Shown: piece by piece, positions 1 through 12,300 of the stretch
Position numbering within the stretch: the first letter of the stretch is position 1
Layout of the letters: each line of letters opens with the position of its first letter
NCBI GenBank assembly: GCA_965218975.1
Contig: OZ244717.1
Coordinates: 736,001-800,000, forward strand
DNA from: Candidatus Oxydemutatoraceae bacterium
GTDB lineage: Bacteria; Pseudomonadota; Gammaproteobacteria; Poriferisulfidales; Oxydemutatoraceae
DNA: 64,000 nt
Direction of reading: 5' to 3'
Notes under the pieces: generated by a model
Told to the model about the DNA's origin: nothing
Databases searched by the model: none
The model's input: the letters and a program-made list of their open reading frames with translations, nothing else
Translations under genes and position numbers: made by a program

Positions 1-5
1 GCACT

Positions 6-2387
6 GTGTCGATTGAGATGGAGAACATGAATGTTCATCCTGTTAGTCGCGGGTATTCGCTGACGCTTGAGCTGGGAGGGACGGCGACGTTCGGCGGCGA
101 CTACGTCATCACGGATATAGACGGCAATCCGTTGGCGTCGCCGCCTACATTTGATGTAGCGCAAGACCAAACAATGCTTGAAGCCCGCCTGATAATAACG
201 GACGATCGGGTGTTTGAGGGTGAGGAGACGATTGAGATACGCTTGAGCACGACCGAGCCGAAGATCCTGATAGACGACGCTACGACGCAGACGATCACAC
301 TCATCGACAACGATGCGGCGCCGGTATTGTTTCTGTCGGTGAGCACGACTGCCATTGACGAAGGCGAATCAATTGATATTACGCTAGAGATCACGAACGA
401 ATCGGTATTTGCTGAGGATCAAACGATTGCGTTAGAGTTTACCGGCGATGCGATGCCTGGAGACGACTATACGGTATCGGTCGACGGTTCGCCGCTGTTA
501 CCGCCGTATGAGTTGACTTTAACGGCGGGAGAATCTGCGCTAAGCGTAACGATCATGGCGCTAATAGACGACATGACGACCGATATGGCGACCGAGGCGG
601 ATGAAGCGATCGAGATAACCGCATTGCATGGCGCCGATACAATCGGTAAAAAAACGCTCACGATCATCAGCGACGTCAGTCCGGTTGAACGCATTGCGGA
701 TTTGACGCCGGCAGTCCTCGGAAATTTCACTCCGGGCGCAGTGATTCCGTCCGAAATCGGGCGCTATATCGTCATTCCGGGCCAGCGTAACGACGGCGCG
801 AGCATTGATGCGACTGCTTTGTTGGTCAGATTTAATCCTTCGTTGCGTGCTTGTATTGTCAATGATTCTGTGGCGAGCGAACCGTCGTATCAATTCGACT
901 GCGATGTTTTGTCCGGGCCGTTGGCGGAAGACTCGACAGTTCAGGCGCCGGTATTCGGCAGCGTGTTGTATTGGGCCGATGTCAGAGACGACAAGGGCCT
1001 GATTGTTCGGGCAACAAGCCAAAAGATTTATGTCGCGCCGCTGCTCGGATTCGCTTCCGGCTTGCAAGCGATTGCGTCTGATACCGCGTCGGCGGACGTG
1101 CTGTTATTAACGTCGGACGATGCCGATGTGCCGAGCTCAATCAATCTTGATTTTGAAGCGGGGGTTAGTCCGAGCGTTCCTTTTGAAGACGGGCGCGGCA
1201 CAGTAAGCATCAACGCGTTGTCAGCAGGAGATATTCTTCGGCTTACGGCAATCAACGGAGTTGCTTTTAGCGGCGCCGATTCTGATTTGAACGCGGTCAC
1301 CGAAGCGATGCTCGCCATGCACGAGCTATTTGCGTTGGGCAACAATGCGCTGAGATTGATTGAGGCAAAAGAGGCGGGTATCAATCCGATTGAGTCTGTG
1401 GACCCGGGACTGTCGGCGGAGTTGATTGTGTTTGATCAAGTGACGACGATTACGCTGACGAACGATTATATGGTTGATGTGTTCGTATATAGCACAGCGA
1501 CGGCGATGTTTGAGTTGGCGGGCATGTCCGAAGATGCGGTAAGAGAATTGATCATCGACTTGAGCGACAATGAGCTTAAGGCTATTGACCGTGAAGGTGA
1601 AGAGTGGGTCATTTCGCTTGAAGATGCGGATTTCAGCCCGTACATTTTTCAAGTGATGATGTCGACGAATCAGGAAGTGACGGCAAGTATTCATGCGCTC
1701 GGCGATGTTGCGGATGAATTAGGCATGATTGATGCCGACTTGACGCTGGCAACGACGGGGACATTGCTGACCGGCTTTTACGCTTACAAGCAAGCGGATG
1801 AAGCGAGCGTCGGCGTAGCGCGTATCACAAGCAACGCGATTTTGAATCTTCCGCCGTTACCGGACGGTCGCGAAGTTGCGGAGGTAGAGAGCGGCGTATT
1901 TGATTTCATCGCTGCCGATTTGACCGGCGGTGTTGCGACGGTCGTGGTTGAATTGTCCGCGGCGGCGCAGGAAGGGTCGCGTTACTACAAGTATCAACCG
2001 GATGACGGCTGGACAGAATTCAACACGAGTAGCAACGATAGGATTTACAGTGCACCGGCGCCGTGTCCGAGTGCGCAAGCCAGCCGCGAGCCGGATGCGG
2101 GCGGCGGTCTGAGTGACTATGCGTGGCGTTTGGTCTCCGACGGCGTTCGCGCAGACGATGAGTGTTTGCTGCTGGAAATTGAGGACGGTTCGGTCAATGA
2201 CTCCGACGGGAGAGTCAACGGGATTATCTTTGATCCGGGCGCGTTGGTGCAGTTTGTCGCAAGAGTCGGTGGCGGCGGCGGCGGTGCGGTCGGCTTGTGG
2301 TGGCTGCTTCTGTTCGTCGGTATCATTTTGGCGGCGATGGTCTTGAAACGCCGGAATGCAAGACCGACGCGGCGGATTTCACCTTAA
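6..2387 (+). CDS. Large surface protein, C-terminal part (5' end lies outside the window): Calx-beta/Ig-like domains, choice-of-anchor-U-like domain, GlyGly-CTERM sorting signal
   Basis: Frame is open from the window edge. Acidic Calx-beta-like motifs (DDRVFEGEETI, IDNDAAP); YYKY...CLLLEIEDGSVNDSDGRVNGIIFDPG domain; ends GGGGGGAVGLWWLLLF-TM-KRR. Confidence 0.85.
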   Translation: MSIEMENMNVHPVSRGYSLTLELGGTATFGGDYVITDIDGNPLASPPTFDVAQDQTMLEARLIITDDRVFEGEETIEIRLSTTEPKILIDDATTQTITLIDNDAAPVLFLSVSTTAIDEGESIDITLEITNESVFAEDQTIALEFTGDAMPGDDYTVSVDGSPLLPPYELTLTAGESALSVTIMALIDDMTTDMATEADEAIEITALHGADTIGKKTLTIISDVSPVERIADLTPAVLGNFTPGAVIPSEIGRYIVIPGQRNDGASIDATALLVRFNPSLRACIVNDSVASEPSYQFDCDVLSGPLAEDSTVQAPVFGSVLYWADVRDDKGLIVRATSQKIYVAPLLGFASGLQAIASDTASADVLLLTSDDADVPSSINLDFEAGVSPSVPFEDGRGTVSINALSAGDILRLTAINGVAFSGADSDLNAVTEAMLAMHELFALGNNALRLIEAKEAGINPIESVDPGLSAELIVFDQVTTITLTNDYMVDVFVYSTATAMFELAGMSEDAVRELIIDLSDNELKAIDREGEEWVISLEDADFSPYIFQVMMSTNQEVTASIHALGDVADELGMIDADLTLATTGTLLTGFYAYKQADEASVGVARITSNAILNLPPLPDGREVAEVESGVFDFIAADLTGGVATVVVELSAAAQEGSRYYKYQPDDGWTEFNTSSNDRIYSAPAPCPSAQASREPDAGGGLSDYAWRLVSDGVRADDECLLLEIEDGSVNDSDGRVNGIIFDPGALVQFVARVGGGGGGAVGLWWLLLFVGIILAAMVLKRRNARPTRRISP

Positions 2388-2553
2388 AAAATTATACTAA
2401 AAACCCAGTCCTGTTCCCCCATATCGCTATAAAAACAAACTTAAACCGAGTTCATATATTGAACTATAACGTTGTTTCTGTCGGGTGAAAAACATAATAC
2501 CATCTGTATATAGGACTGATGACAGTATTATTCCGGTTACACCTTGTTTATAA

Positions 2554-3008
2554 CTTGACTTCGATAAAATCCGATCAGAACTTCGCTATCATTGCTTTTA
2601 ACTTCATAGGTTTCTTGACTTCGTAGGTTTTGTCTCGTAAGTGATTGATATTATTGCCTTCAGGATTCTCAAGGGCACTACATACGCGGATACGGTGTTG
2701 TTTGTAGCCCTCCGCGCTCAGCTTCCCCCAGGGCGTGACTTGTCGGGAAGCGGGAACGGAGCTTCGTTCCATTTCAGACCTACGCTACGGTAGATCCTGT
2801 TGGCGTCCGCGCTCGCGCGGCTCGGTATCGCATACCGCTCCTATGTGTCGGTATGTACCAAGATGCTCAACTGCAAGGTGTCCAGCTCGCGCTGGATCCG
2901 CTCCGCGCTCATCGGGAAGCCCAGCGCCTTAAGCCGCCGACACAGCTGCTGCAAGCAGCAGAAGGCCATGTAGCAGATCGCAATGTGTGCGCGGATGCGC
3001 CGGATAAA
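2554..3008 (-). mobile_element. IS1634-family remnant (transposase C-terminus and right end)
   Basis: Minus-strand peptide RRIRAHIAICYMAFCCLQQL..LGFPMSAERIQRELDTLQLSIL resembles IS1634 C-termini; followed by TGTAGTGCCC...AATCACTTAC...GAAGTCAAG end-like sequence (CTTGACTTCG occurs at 2554 and 2614). Confidence 0.6.
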
Positions 3009-3890
3009 ATGCGCCGTGTTCCGCAGCGCACGAATGCAAAAGGGCAAACAAAACGACTGTTCAAGCGCCGTTGCAGGGCACACAAGCCGAAAGACTTCAA
3101 AGCACAGTATCCGGGGCCATTGCATCGCCCTAGATACAATTGTGCGTTATCAGCACGGGATGCGCCGCACCGTCTTAACGGCCATCGATGTCTATACCCG
3201 AATGGCAATAGCAGTGGCAACCAACCGCTGTAACAGCCGCAACGCAGCCGCATTTCTGCGCCTGGCAGAATTTCGGCAGCAGTAAAGTCTTTGAGCTGAT
3301 GAAACCATTTTGTGTTTGCTGCCGGATTGTCGGCAAAGTGCCTGTCGTCCATGACGAGACTTGGTTCTGTCAATGAGCGCCAGCCCCGACGTCCTTGTCG
3401 GGTCGTTCGCCGCTGAAAACCGTTCGGTTTTCCGGGCACATCTCACCCTGACGGACGGCGGTAGTGAGTTTCAAGGACAGTTTGCCCAGCTCATCCGGGA
3501 ATCGCTCGCGATTGAGCAGTGGCTGACCTATCCCAAGTGTCCAAAAATGAACGCGCACATCGAGCGCTTCAACCGCACTGTCCAGGAGGATTGTATTGAT
3601 CATGCAGAAGATCTGCTATTCGCCGATACGGAAGCATTCAATGACCGGTTATGGAACCGTTTTGTGTTTGCTGCCGGATTGTCGGCAAAGTGCCTGTCGT
3701 CCATGACGAGACTTGGTTCTGTCAATGAGCGCCAGCCCCGACATCCTTGTCGGATCGTTCGCCGCTGAAAACCGATCGGTTTTCCGGGCGCGTCTCATCC
3801 TGCACCGTCCTCATGCCGGCAACGGACAGAAAGCACCGATCCGAATGTTACTGCCGAACGCTTCTCCCGAAGCGCTTCAAACATCCCATT
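2994..3890 (+). mobile_element. Fragmented IS481-family transposase remnant containing two 98-bp units
   Basis: Pieces DAPDKMRR..YPG, HCIALDTI..AIDVYTR, LTDGGSEF..YPKCPKMNAHIERFNRTVQED, HRPHAG are integrase-core DDE motifs, interrupted by frameshifts and repeat units. Confidence 0.8.
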
Positions 3891-3960
3891 GCCGGTGGTG
3901 GTATTATATAGCGTGCAGGCTATCAGCTTTATTGCTATAATAAAAACAAAAACTATTATT

Positions 3961-6387
3961 ATGCGTTTTTCTTGTATACGTACTTCGGTCGGCATATGCT
4001 GCATACTGTATGCTTTATTGATACAGGCGCAGCAGACTCAGCCCGCAGCTCCCAGCAACGTAGAAGTTACACCCGGTGACAGACAGATTACCGTGACCTG
4101 GCAGTCCCCGGCCGAGGGAACCGGCGGCCCGGTTGCAGACTACCGCATCGGTTGGACTCCGCCCGACGGCATCGGCAGCGCGACTGTCGCAGCAGATGTG
4201 AGCGAATATACGATCGAGGGTCTGACCAACGACACCGAATACACAATCGAAGTCGCAGCCGTCAACGCAAGCGGCGCGACTAGCGCAGTAGCCGTGATCG
4301 AGACCCCGATCGCACCGCTGCCTTTGCTGCCCGGTGCGCCGACGACTTTGACGGCAACACCGGGTAACGGGCAGGTAGAATTGGAGTGGGCGCCGCCGGA
4401 AGATATCGGCGGCAGCGCAATCACGCGTTATGAATATCGGCAGAGAGCCGCCGACGGGGATTTCGGTTCATGGAAGATTATCCCGGACGGCGATGATGCG
4501 GACAGCGATGCTGGCAACGAGACGCGCTCTACAGTCACTAGTCTGACGAACGGCATCGCATATACCTTCCAAGTGCGTGTGGCCAACGCCGCGGGCCCAG
4601 GCGAGGCAACAGATGAAGTAACGACGATTGCAGGAGCGGGCTTGGGTATTTGCGATCGCACACCGCAGGTTCGAAAGGCGATTCTTAACCGGCTTTCCGG
4701 CATAAGCGACTGTGCGGCGGTAACCGATGCCGATCTGAACTCCCTCGCCGGGGAGTTGAGCTTGTCCGAAAGAGAGATTGCCTCCCTGAGGGTGGGGGAC
4801 TTTGAGGGGCTCGTTACTCTGACGACGCTGAATCTGAGTTATAATTCGCTATCGAGTCTATCTGCGGGCATATTTGATGGTCTTGGTTCTTTAATCGGGC
4901 TGAATTTGGGGAACAATCAATTATCGAGTCTGCCTGCGGGCGTATTTGATAATCTTGATTCTTTAACATGGCTGAATCTGAGTTTTAATTCGCTATCGAG
5001 TCTATCTGCGGGCGTATTTGATGGTCTTGGTTCTTTAATATGGCTGTCTTTGCTGATCAATCAATTATCGAGTCTGCCTGCGGGCGTATTTGATGATCTT
5101 GGTTCCTTAATAAGGCTGAATTTGGGGAACAGTCAATTATCGAGTCTGCCTGCAGACGTATTTGATAATCTTGATTCTTTAACATGGCTGAATTTGTCGG
5201 TCAATCGATTATCGAGTCTGCCCGACGGCATATTCGAGCGCCTCACGTCGCTTGAAATAATTTTTTTGATGTATAATCCCGGCAGTGACTCCTTCATACC
5301 GTCGGCGAATGCCGGATCCGACCGGTTCGCTGTCGCCAGCGAAGTCGTTATGCTGGACGCTACCGCCACCGACGGCGGTCCGTTCGGGGACAACGTGAGC
5401 TTTGCGTGGTCGCAGGACGGAAGCGATAGCACGACTGTAACGTTGACCGGCGCCGCTACCGCCACGCCTAGGTTCACCGTGCCGGCGGACGCGCCGGACG
5501 GGACCGTGTTTCGATTTGATCTGACAGTGATCGGCGGGAATAAGTTTGGGACTGATAAGCTTGGGATTCTTGAAGATGATTTCTCTCGGCAGAGACTGAC
5601 AGACAGTTCCTCGGTGAGGGTAACGGTTGCGACGCCACCCGACGCGCCGACGGCACTGACGGCGACAACGCACAACAGTAGTGTGGATCTAAGTTGGAAC
5701 GCACCTGCCGACCCCGGCATTGCGCCGATCAGCCATTACGAATATCGCGCGAGCAGCGACGCCGGAACGGTTTGGGACCCGAACTGGACGATCGCCGGTG
5801 ATGCGACGAGCGAAGTCAGAACTCAAATCGTGTCGGGCTTAACCAACGGCACGGAATACACATTTGAAGTGCGGGTGGTCAGTGCGGTAGGCGCCGGCGC
5901 AGCCGCGCGCGTCACGGCGACACCGAACGTGGCGATATTCACGGTCTCGTTTGATCCGATAGACTATCCGACCAATGAAAGTGAGGGAAGTGTAATTCTC
6001 ATGCTCAGACTGATCGGCGAAAGACCGTTGCGCGGCGATGTAACCGCTAATGTCTCGACAAGCGAAGGGAGCGCATTCGCCCCTCATGATTATGTCGAGC
6101 GTAGTAGTGTTTCTGTTTCCTTTACGCTTGCTTCACCTGTGCCGCAACCTGTGACGATTTCTATTGTCGATGACGACGTTTTTGAACCCGATGATGAGAT
6201 ATTTTCGGTGATCATTACCGATGTATCGGCGGCGCATCGTGACGATGAGGCGGTGATTGATCAGAGCGAAGCGACGATTACGATCATCGACAACGATGAT
6301 GCGCCGGTATTGTCCCTGTCGGTCGGCGCAACCGAAATCAATGAAGGCACATCAACCGATGTTGTAGTAGAGATGACGGCGACATAA
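3961..6387 (+). CDS. Giant surface adhesin, N-terminal segment (signal peptide, FN3 x2, LRRs, PKD-like, FN3, Calx-beta)
   Basis: Signal-like MRFSCIRT..LLIQA; FN3 motifs (LTNDTEYTIEVAAVN); 24-aa LRRs (LSSLPAGVFDNLDSLTWLNL); stop falls inside the first, damaged 348-bp repeat. Confidence 0.85.
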   Translation: MRFSCIRTSVGICCILYALLIQAQQTQPAAPSNVEVTPGDRQITVTWQSPAEGTGGPVADYRIGWTPPDGIGSATVAADVSEYTIEGLTNDTEYTIEVAAVNASGATSAVAVIETPIAPLPLLPGAPTTLTATPGNGQVELEWAPPEDIGGSAITRYEYRQRAADGDFGSWKIIPDGDDADSDAGNETRSTVTSLTNGIAYTFQVRVANAAGPGEATDEVTTIAGAGLGICDRTPQVRKAILNRLSGISDCAAVTDADLNSLAGELSLSEREIASLRVGDFEGLVTLTTLNLSYNSLSSLSAGIFDGLGSLIGLNLGNNQLSSLPAGVFDNLDSLTWLNLSFNSLSSLSAGVFDGLGSLIWLSLLINQLSSLPAGVFDDLGSLIRLNLGNSQLSSLPADVFDNLDSLTWLNLSVNRLSSLPDGIFERLTSLEIIFLMYNPGSDSFIPSANAGSDRFAVASEVVMLDATATDGGPFGDNVSFAWSQDGSDSTTVTLTGAATATPRFTVPADAPDGTVFRFDLTVIGGNKFGTDKLGILEDDFSRQRLTDSSSVRVTVATPPDAPTALTATTHNSSVDLSWNAPADPGIAPISHYEYRASSDAGTVWDPNWTIAGDATSEVRTQIVSGLTNGTEYTFEVRVVSAVGAGAAARVTATPNVAIFTVSFDPIDYPTNESEGSVILMLRLIGERPLRGDVTANVSTSEGSAFAPHDYVERSSVSVSFTLASPVPQPVTISIVDDDVFEPDDEIFSVIITDVSAAHRDDEAVIDQSEATITIIDNDDAPVLSLSVGATEINEGTSTDVVVEMTAT

Positions 6388-9300
6388 TCGGCGAGGATTA
6401 CGATCATCGACAACGATGATGCGCCGGTATTGTCCCTGTCGGTCGGCGCAACCGAAATCAATGAGGCGCATCAACCGATATCGAAGTGGGAATCACGAAC
6501 GAATCGGTATATGCCGAAGATCAAACGATCGCGTTAGAGTTTACCGGCGATGCGATGTTTGACCGGCGATTCGCCGTTGTCGTGTATGAGTTGATGCATC
6601 TACGGCAAGCAACGATCATAGCGACAGACGACCGAGCGGACGAGACGGATGAAATGATTGAGATAACCGCGCGGCATGACGGCGACATAATCGGCGAGGA
6701 AACGATTACGATCATCGACAACGATGATCGCCGGTATTGTCCCTGTCGGTCGGCGCAACCGAAATCAATGAAGGCGCATCAACCGATATGAGTGGGAATC
6801 ACGAACGAATCGGTATTTGCCGAAGATCAAACGGGTTAGAGTTTACCGGCGATGCGATCTGAGGGACTATATGGCGACGATTCGCCGTTGTCGTCGCCGT
6901 ATGAGTTGACTTTGTCGGCAGGGGCATCTACGGCAACGGCAACGATCATAGCGACAGACGACCGAGGACGAGACGGATGAAATGATTGAGATAACCGCGC
7001 GGCATGACGGCGACATAATCGGCGAGGAAACGATTACGATCATCGACAACGATGATGCGCCGGTATTGTCCCTGTCGGTCGGCGCAACCGAAATCAATGA
7101 AGGCGCATCAACCGATATCGAAGTGGGAATCACGAACGAATCGGTTGCCGAAGATCAAACGATCGCGTTAGAGACCGGCGATGCGATGCCTGAACGACTA
7201 TCGGTATGGTCGGAGATTCGCCGTTGTCGTCGCCGTATGAGTTGACTTTGTCGGCAGGGGCATCTACGGCAACGGCAACGATCATAGCGACAGACGACCG
7301 AGCGGACGAGACGGATGAAATGATTAGATAACCGCGCGGCATGACGGCGACATAATCGGCGAGGAAACGATTACGATCATCGACAACGATGATGCGCCGG
7401 TATTGTCCCTGTCGGTCGGCGCAACCGAAATCAATGAAGGCGCATCAACCGATATCGAAGTGGGAATCACGAACGAATCGGTATATGCCGAAGATCAAAC
7501 GATCACGTTAGAGTTTGCCGGCGATGCGATGCTTGAGGACGACTATACGGTAATGGTCGGAGATTCGCCGTTGTCGTCGCCGTATGAGTTGACTTTGTCG
7601 GCAGGGGCATCTACGGCAACGGCAACGATCATAGCGACAGACGACCGAGCGGACGAGACGGATGAAATGATTGAGATAACCGCGCGGCATGACGGCGACA
7701 TAATCGGCGAGGAAACGATTACGATCATCGACAACGATGATGCGCCGGTATTGTCCCTGTCGGTCGGCGCAACCGAAATCAATGAAGGCGCATCAACCGA
7801 TATCGAAGTGGGAATCACGAACGAATCGGTATATGCCGAAGATCAAACGACGTTAGAGTTTGCCGGCGATGCGATGCTTGAGGACGACTTACGGTAATGC
7901 CGATTCGCCGTTGTCGTCGCCGTATCAGTTGACTTTGCCGGCACGTCTCAGCAACGATCATGACGACAGACGACCCAGCGGACGAGACGGATGAAATGAT
8001 TGAGATAACCGCGCGGCATGACGGCGACATAATCGGCGAGGAAACGATTACGATCATCGACAACGATGATGCGCCGGTATTGTCCCTGTCGGTCGGCGCA
8101 ACCGAAATATGAAGGCGCATCAACCGAATGGAATCGAACGAATCGGTATGCCGAAGATCAAACGATCCGTTAGAGTTTGATGCGTCGCTATACGGTAATG
8201 GTCGGAGATTCGCCGTTGTCGTCGCCGAGTTGACTTTGTCGGCAGGGGCATCTACGGCAACGGCAACGATCATAGCGACAGACGACCGAGCGGACGAGAC
8301 GGATGAAATGATTGAGATAACCGCGCGGCATGACGGCGACATAATCGGCGAGGAAACGATTACGATCATCGACAACGATGATGCGCCGGTATTGTCCCTG
8401 TCGGTCGGCGCAACCGAAATCAATGAAGGCGCATCAACCGATATCGAAGTGGGAATCACGAACGAATCGGTATATGCCGAAGATCAAACGATCACGTTAG
8501 AGTTTGCCGGCGATGCGATGCTTGAGGACGACTATACGGTAATGGTCGGAGATTCGCCGTTGTCGTCGCCGTATGAGTTGACTTTGCCGGCAGGGTTGTC
8601 TTCGGTAAGCGCAACGATCATAGCGACAGACGACCCAGCGGACGAGACGGATGAAATGATTGAGATAACCGCGCGGCATGACGGCGACATAATCGGCGAG
8701 GAAACGATTACGATCATCGACAACGATGATGCGCCGGTATTGTCCCTGTCGGTCGGCGCAACCGAAATCAATGAAGGCGCATCAACCGATATCGAAGAGA
8801 ATCACGAACGAATCGGTATATGCCGAAGATCAAACGATCACGTTAGAGTTTGCCGGCGATGCGATGCTTGAGGACGACTATACGGTAATGGTCGGAGATT
8901 CGCCGTTGTCGTCGCCGTATGAGTTGACTTTGCCGGCAGGGTTGTCTTCGGTAAGCGCAACGATCATAGCGACAGACGACCCAGCGGACGAGACGGATGA
9001 AATGATTGAGATAACCGCGCGGCATGACGGCGACATAATCGGCGAGGAAACGATTACGATCATCGACAACGATGATGCGCCGGTATTGTCCCTGTCGGTC
9101 GGCGCAACCGAAATCAATGAAGGCGCATCAACCGATATCGAAGTGGGAATCACGAACGAATCGGTATATGCCGAAGATCAAACGATCACGTTAGAGTTTG
9201 CCGGCGATGCGATGCTTGAGGACGACTATACGGTAATGGTCGGAGATTCGCCGTTGTCGTCGCCGTATGAGTTGACTTTGCTGGCAGGGTTGTCTTCGGT

Positions 9301-12300
9301 AAGCGCAACGATCATAGCGACAGACGACCCAGCGGACGAGACGGATGAAATGATTGAGATAACCGCGCGGCATGACGGCGACATAATCGGCGAGGAAACG
9401 ATTACGATCATCGACAACGATGATGCGCCGGTATTGTCCCTGTCGGTCGGCGCAACCGAAATCAATGAAGGCGCATCAACCGATATCGAAGTGGGAATCA
9501 CGAACGAATCGGTATATGCCGAAGATCAAACGATCACGTTAGAGTTTGCCGGCGATGCGATGCTTGAGGACGACTATACGGTAATGGTCGGAGATTCGCC
9601 GTTGTCGTCGCCGTATGAGTTGACTTTGCTGGCAGGGTTGTCTTCGGTAAGCGCAACGATCATAGCGACAGACGACCCAGCGGACGAGACGGATGAAATG
9701 ATTGAGATAACCGCGCGGCATGACGGCGACATAATCGGCGAGGAAACGATTACGATCATCGACAACGATGATGCGCCGGTATTGTCCCTGTCGGTCGGCG
9801 CAACCGAAATCAATGAAGGCGCATCAACCGATATCGAAGTGGGAATCACGAACGAATCGGTATATGCCGAAGATCAAACGATCACGTTAGAGTTTGCCGG
9901 CGATGCGATGCTTGAGGACGACTATACGGTAATGGTCGGAGATTCGCCGTTGTCGTCGCCGTATGAGTTGACTTTGCTGGCAGGGTTGTCTTCGGTAAGC
10001 GCAACGATCATAGCGACAGACGACCCAGCGGACGAGACGGATGAAATGATTGAGATAACCGCGCGGCATGACGGCGACATAATCGGCGAGGAAACGATTA
10101 CGATCATCGACAACGATGATGCGCCGGTATTGTCCCTGTCGGTCGGCGCAACCGAAATCAATGAAGGCGCATCAACCGATATCGAAGTGGGAATCACGAA
10201 CGAATCGGTATATGCCGAAGATCAAACGATCACGTTAGAGTTTGCCGGCGATGCGATGCTTGAGGACGACTATACGGTAATGGTCGGAGATTCGCCGTTG
10301 TCGTCGCCGTATGAGTTGACTTTGCTGGCAGGGTTGTCTTCGGTAAGCGCAACGATCATAGCGACAGACGACCCAGCGGACGAGACGGATGAAATGATTG
10401 AGATAACCGCGCGGCATGACGGCGACATAATCGGCGAGGAAACGATTACGATCATCGACAACGATGATGCGCCGGTATTGTCCCTGTCGGTCGGCGCAAC
10501 CGAAATCAATGAAGGCGCATCAACCGATATCGAAGTGGGAATCACGAACGAATCGGTATATGCCGAAGATCAAACGATCACGTTAGAGTTTGCCGGCGAT
10601 GCGATGCTTGAGGACGACTATACGGTAATGGTCGGAGATTCGCCGTTGTCGTCGCCGTATGAGTTGACTTTGCTGGCAGGGTTGTCTTCGGTAAGCGCAA
10701 CGATCATAGCGACAGACGACCCAGCGGACGAGACGGATGAAATGATTGAGATAACCGCGCGGCATGACGGCGACATAATCGGCGAGGAAACGATTACGAT
10801 CATCGACAACGATGATGCGCCGGTATTGTCCCTGTCGGTCGGCGCAACCGAAATCAATGAAGGCGCATCAACCGATATCGAAGTGGGAATCACGAACGAA
10901 TCGGTATATGCCGAAGATCAAACGATCACGTTAGAGTTTGCCGGCGATGCGATGCTTGAGGACGACTATACGGTAATGGTCGGAGATTCGCCGTTGTCGT
11001 CGCCGTATGAGTTGACTTTGCTGGCAGGGTTGTCTTCGGTAAGCGCAACGATCATAGCGACAGACGACCCAGCGGACGAGACGGATGAAATGATTGAGAT
11101 AACCGCGCGGCATGACGGCGACATAATCGGCGAGGAAACGATTACGATCATCGACAACGATGATGCGCCGGTATTGTCCCTGTCGGTCGGCGCAACCGAA
11201 ATCAATGAAGGCGCATCAACCGATATCGAAGTGGGAATCACGAACGAATCGGTATATGCCGAAGATCAAACGATCACGTTAGAGTTTGCCGGCGATGCGA
11301 TGCTTGAGGACGACTATACGGTAATGGTCGGAGATTCGCCGTTGTCGTCGCCGTATGAGTTGACTTTGCCGGCAGGGTTGTCTTCGGTAAGCGCAACGAT
11401 CATAGCGACAGACGACCCAGCGGACGAGACGGATGAAATGATTGAGATAACCGCGCGGCATGACGGCGACATAATCGGCGAGGAAACGATTACGATCATC
11501 GACAACGATGATGCGCCGGTATTGTCCCTGTCGGTCGGCGCAACCGAAATCAATGAAGGCGCATCAACCGATATCGAAGTGGGAATCACGAACGAATCGG
11601 TATATGCCGAAGATCAAACGATCACGTTAGAGTTTGCCGGCGATGCGATGCTTGAGGACGACTATACGGTAATGGTCGGAGATTCGCCGTTGTCGTCGCC
11701 GTATGAGTTGACTTTGCCGGCAGGGTTGTCTTCGGTAAGCGCAACGATCATAGCGACAGACGACCCAGCGGACGAGACGGATGAAATGATTGAGATAACC
11801 GCGCGGCATGACGGCGACATAATCGGCGAGGAAACGATTACGATCATCGACAACGATGATGCGCCGGTATTGTCCCTGTCGGTCGGCGCAACCGAAATCA
11901 ATGAAGGCGCATCAACCGATATCGAAGTGGGAATCACGAACGAATCGGTATATGCCGAAGATCAAACGATCACGTTAGAGTTTGCCGGCGATGCGATGCT
12001 TGAGGACGACTATACGGTAATGGTCGGAGATTCGCCGTTGTCGTCGCCGTATGAGTTGACTTTGCCGGCAGGGTTGTCTTCGGTAAGCGCAACGATCATA
12101 GCGACAGACGACCCAGCGGACGAGACGGATGAAATGATTGAGATAACCGCGCGGCATGACGGCGACATAATCGGCGAGGAAACGATTACGATCATCGACA
12201 ACGATGATGCGCCGGTATTGTCCCTGTCGGTCGGCGCAACCGAAATCAATGAAGGCGCATCAACCGATGAAAGGAATCACGAACGAATCGGTATATGCCG

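Noticed and set aside
6360-8230. Programmed frameshifting or phase variation in the adhesin
   Set aside because: Indels are scattered small deletions concentrated in a few copies and not at a shared slippery site; consensus error is the simpler explanation.
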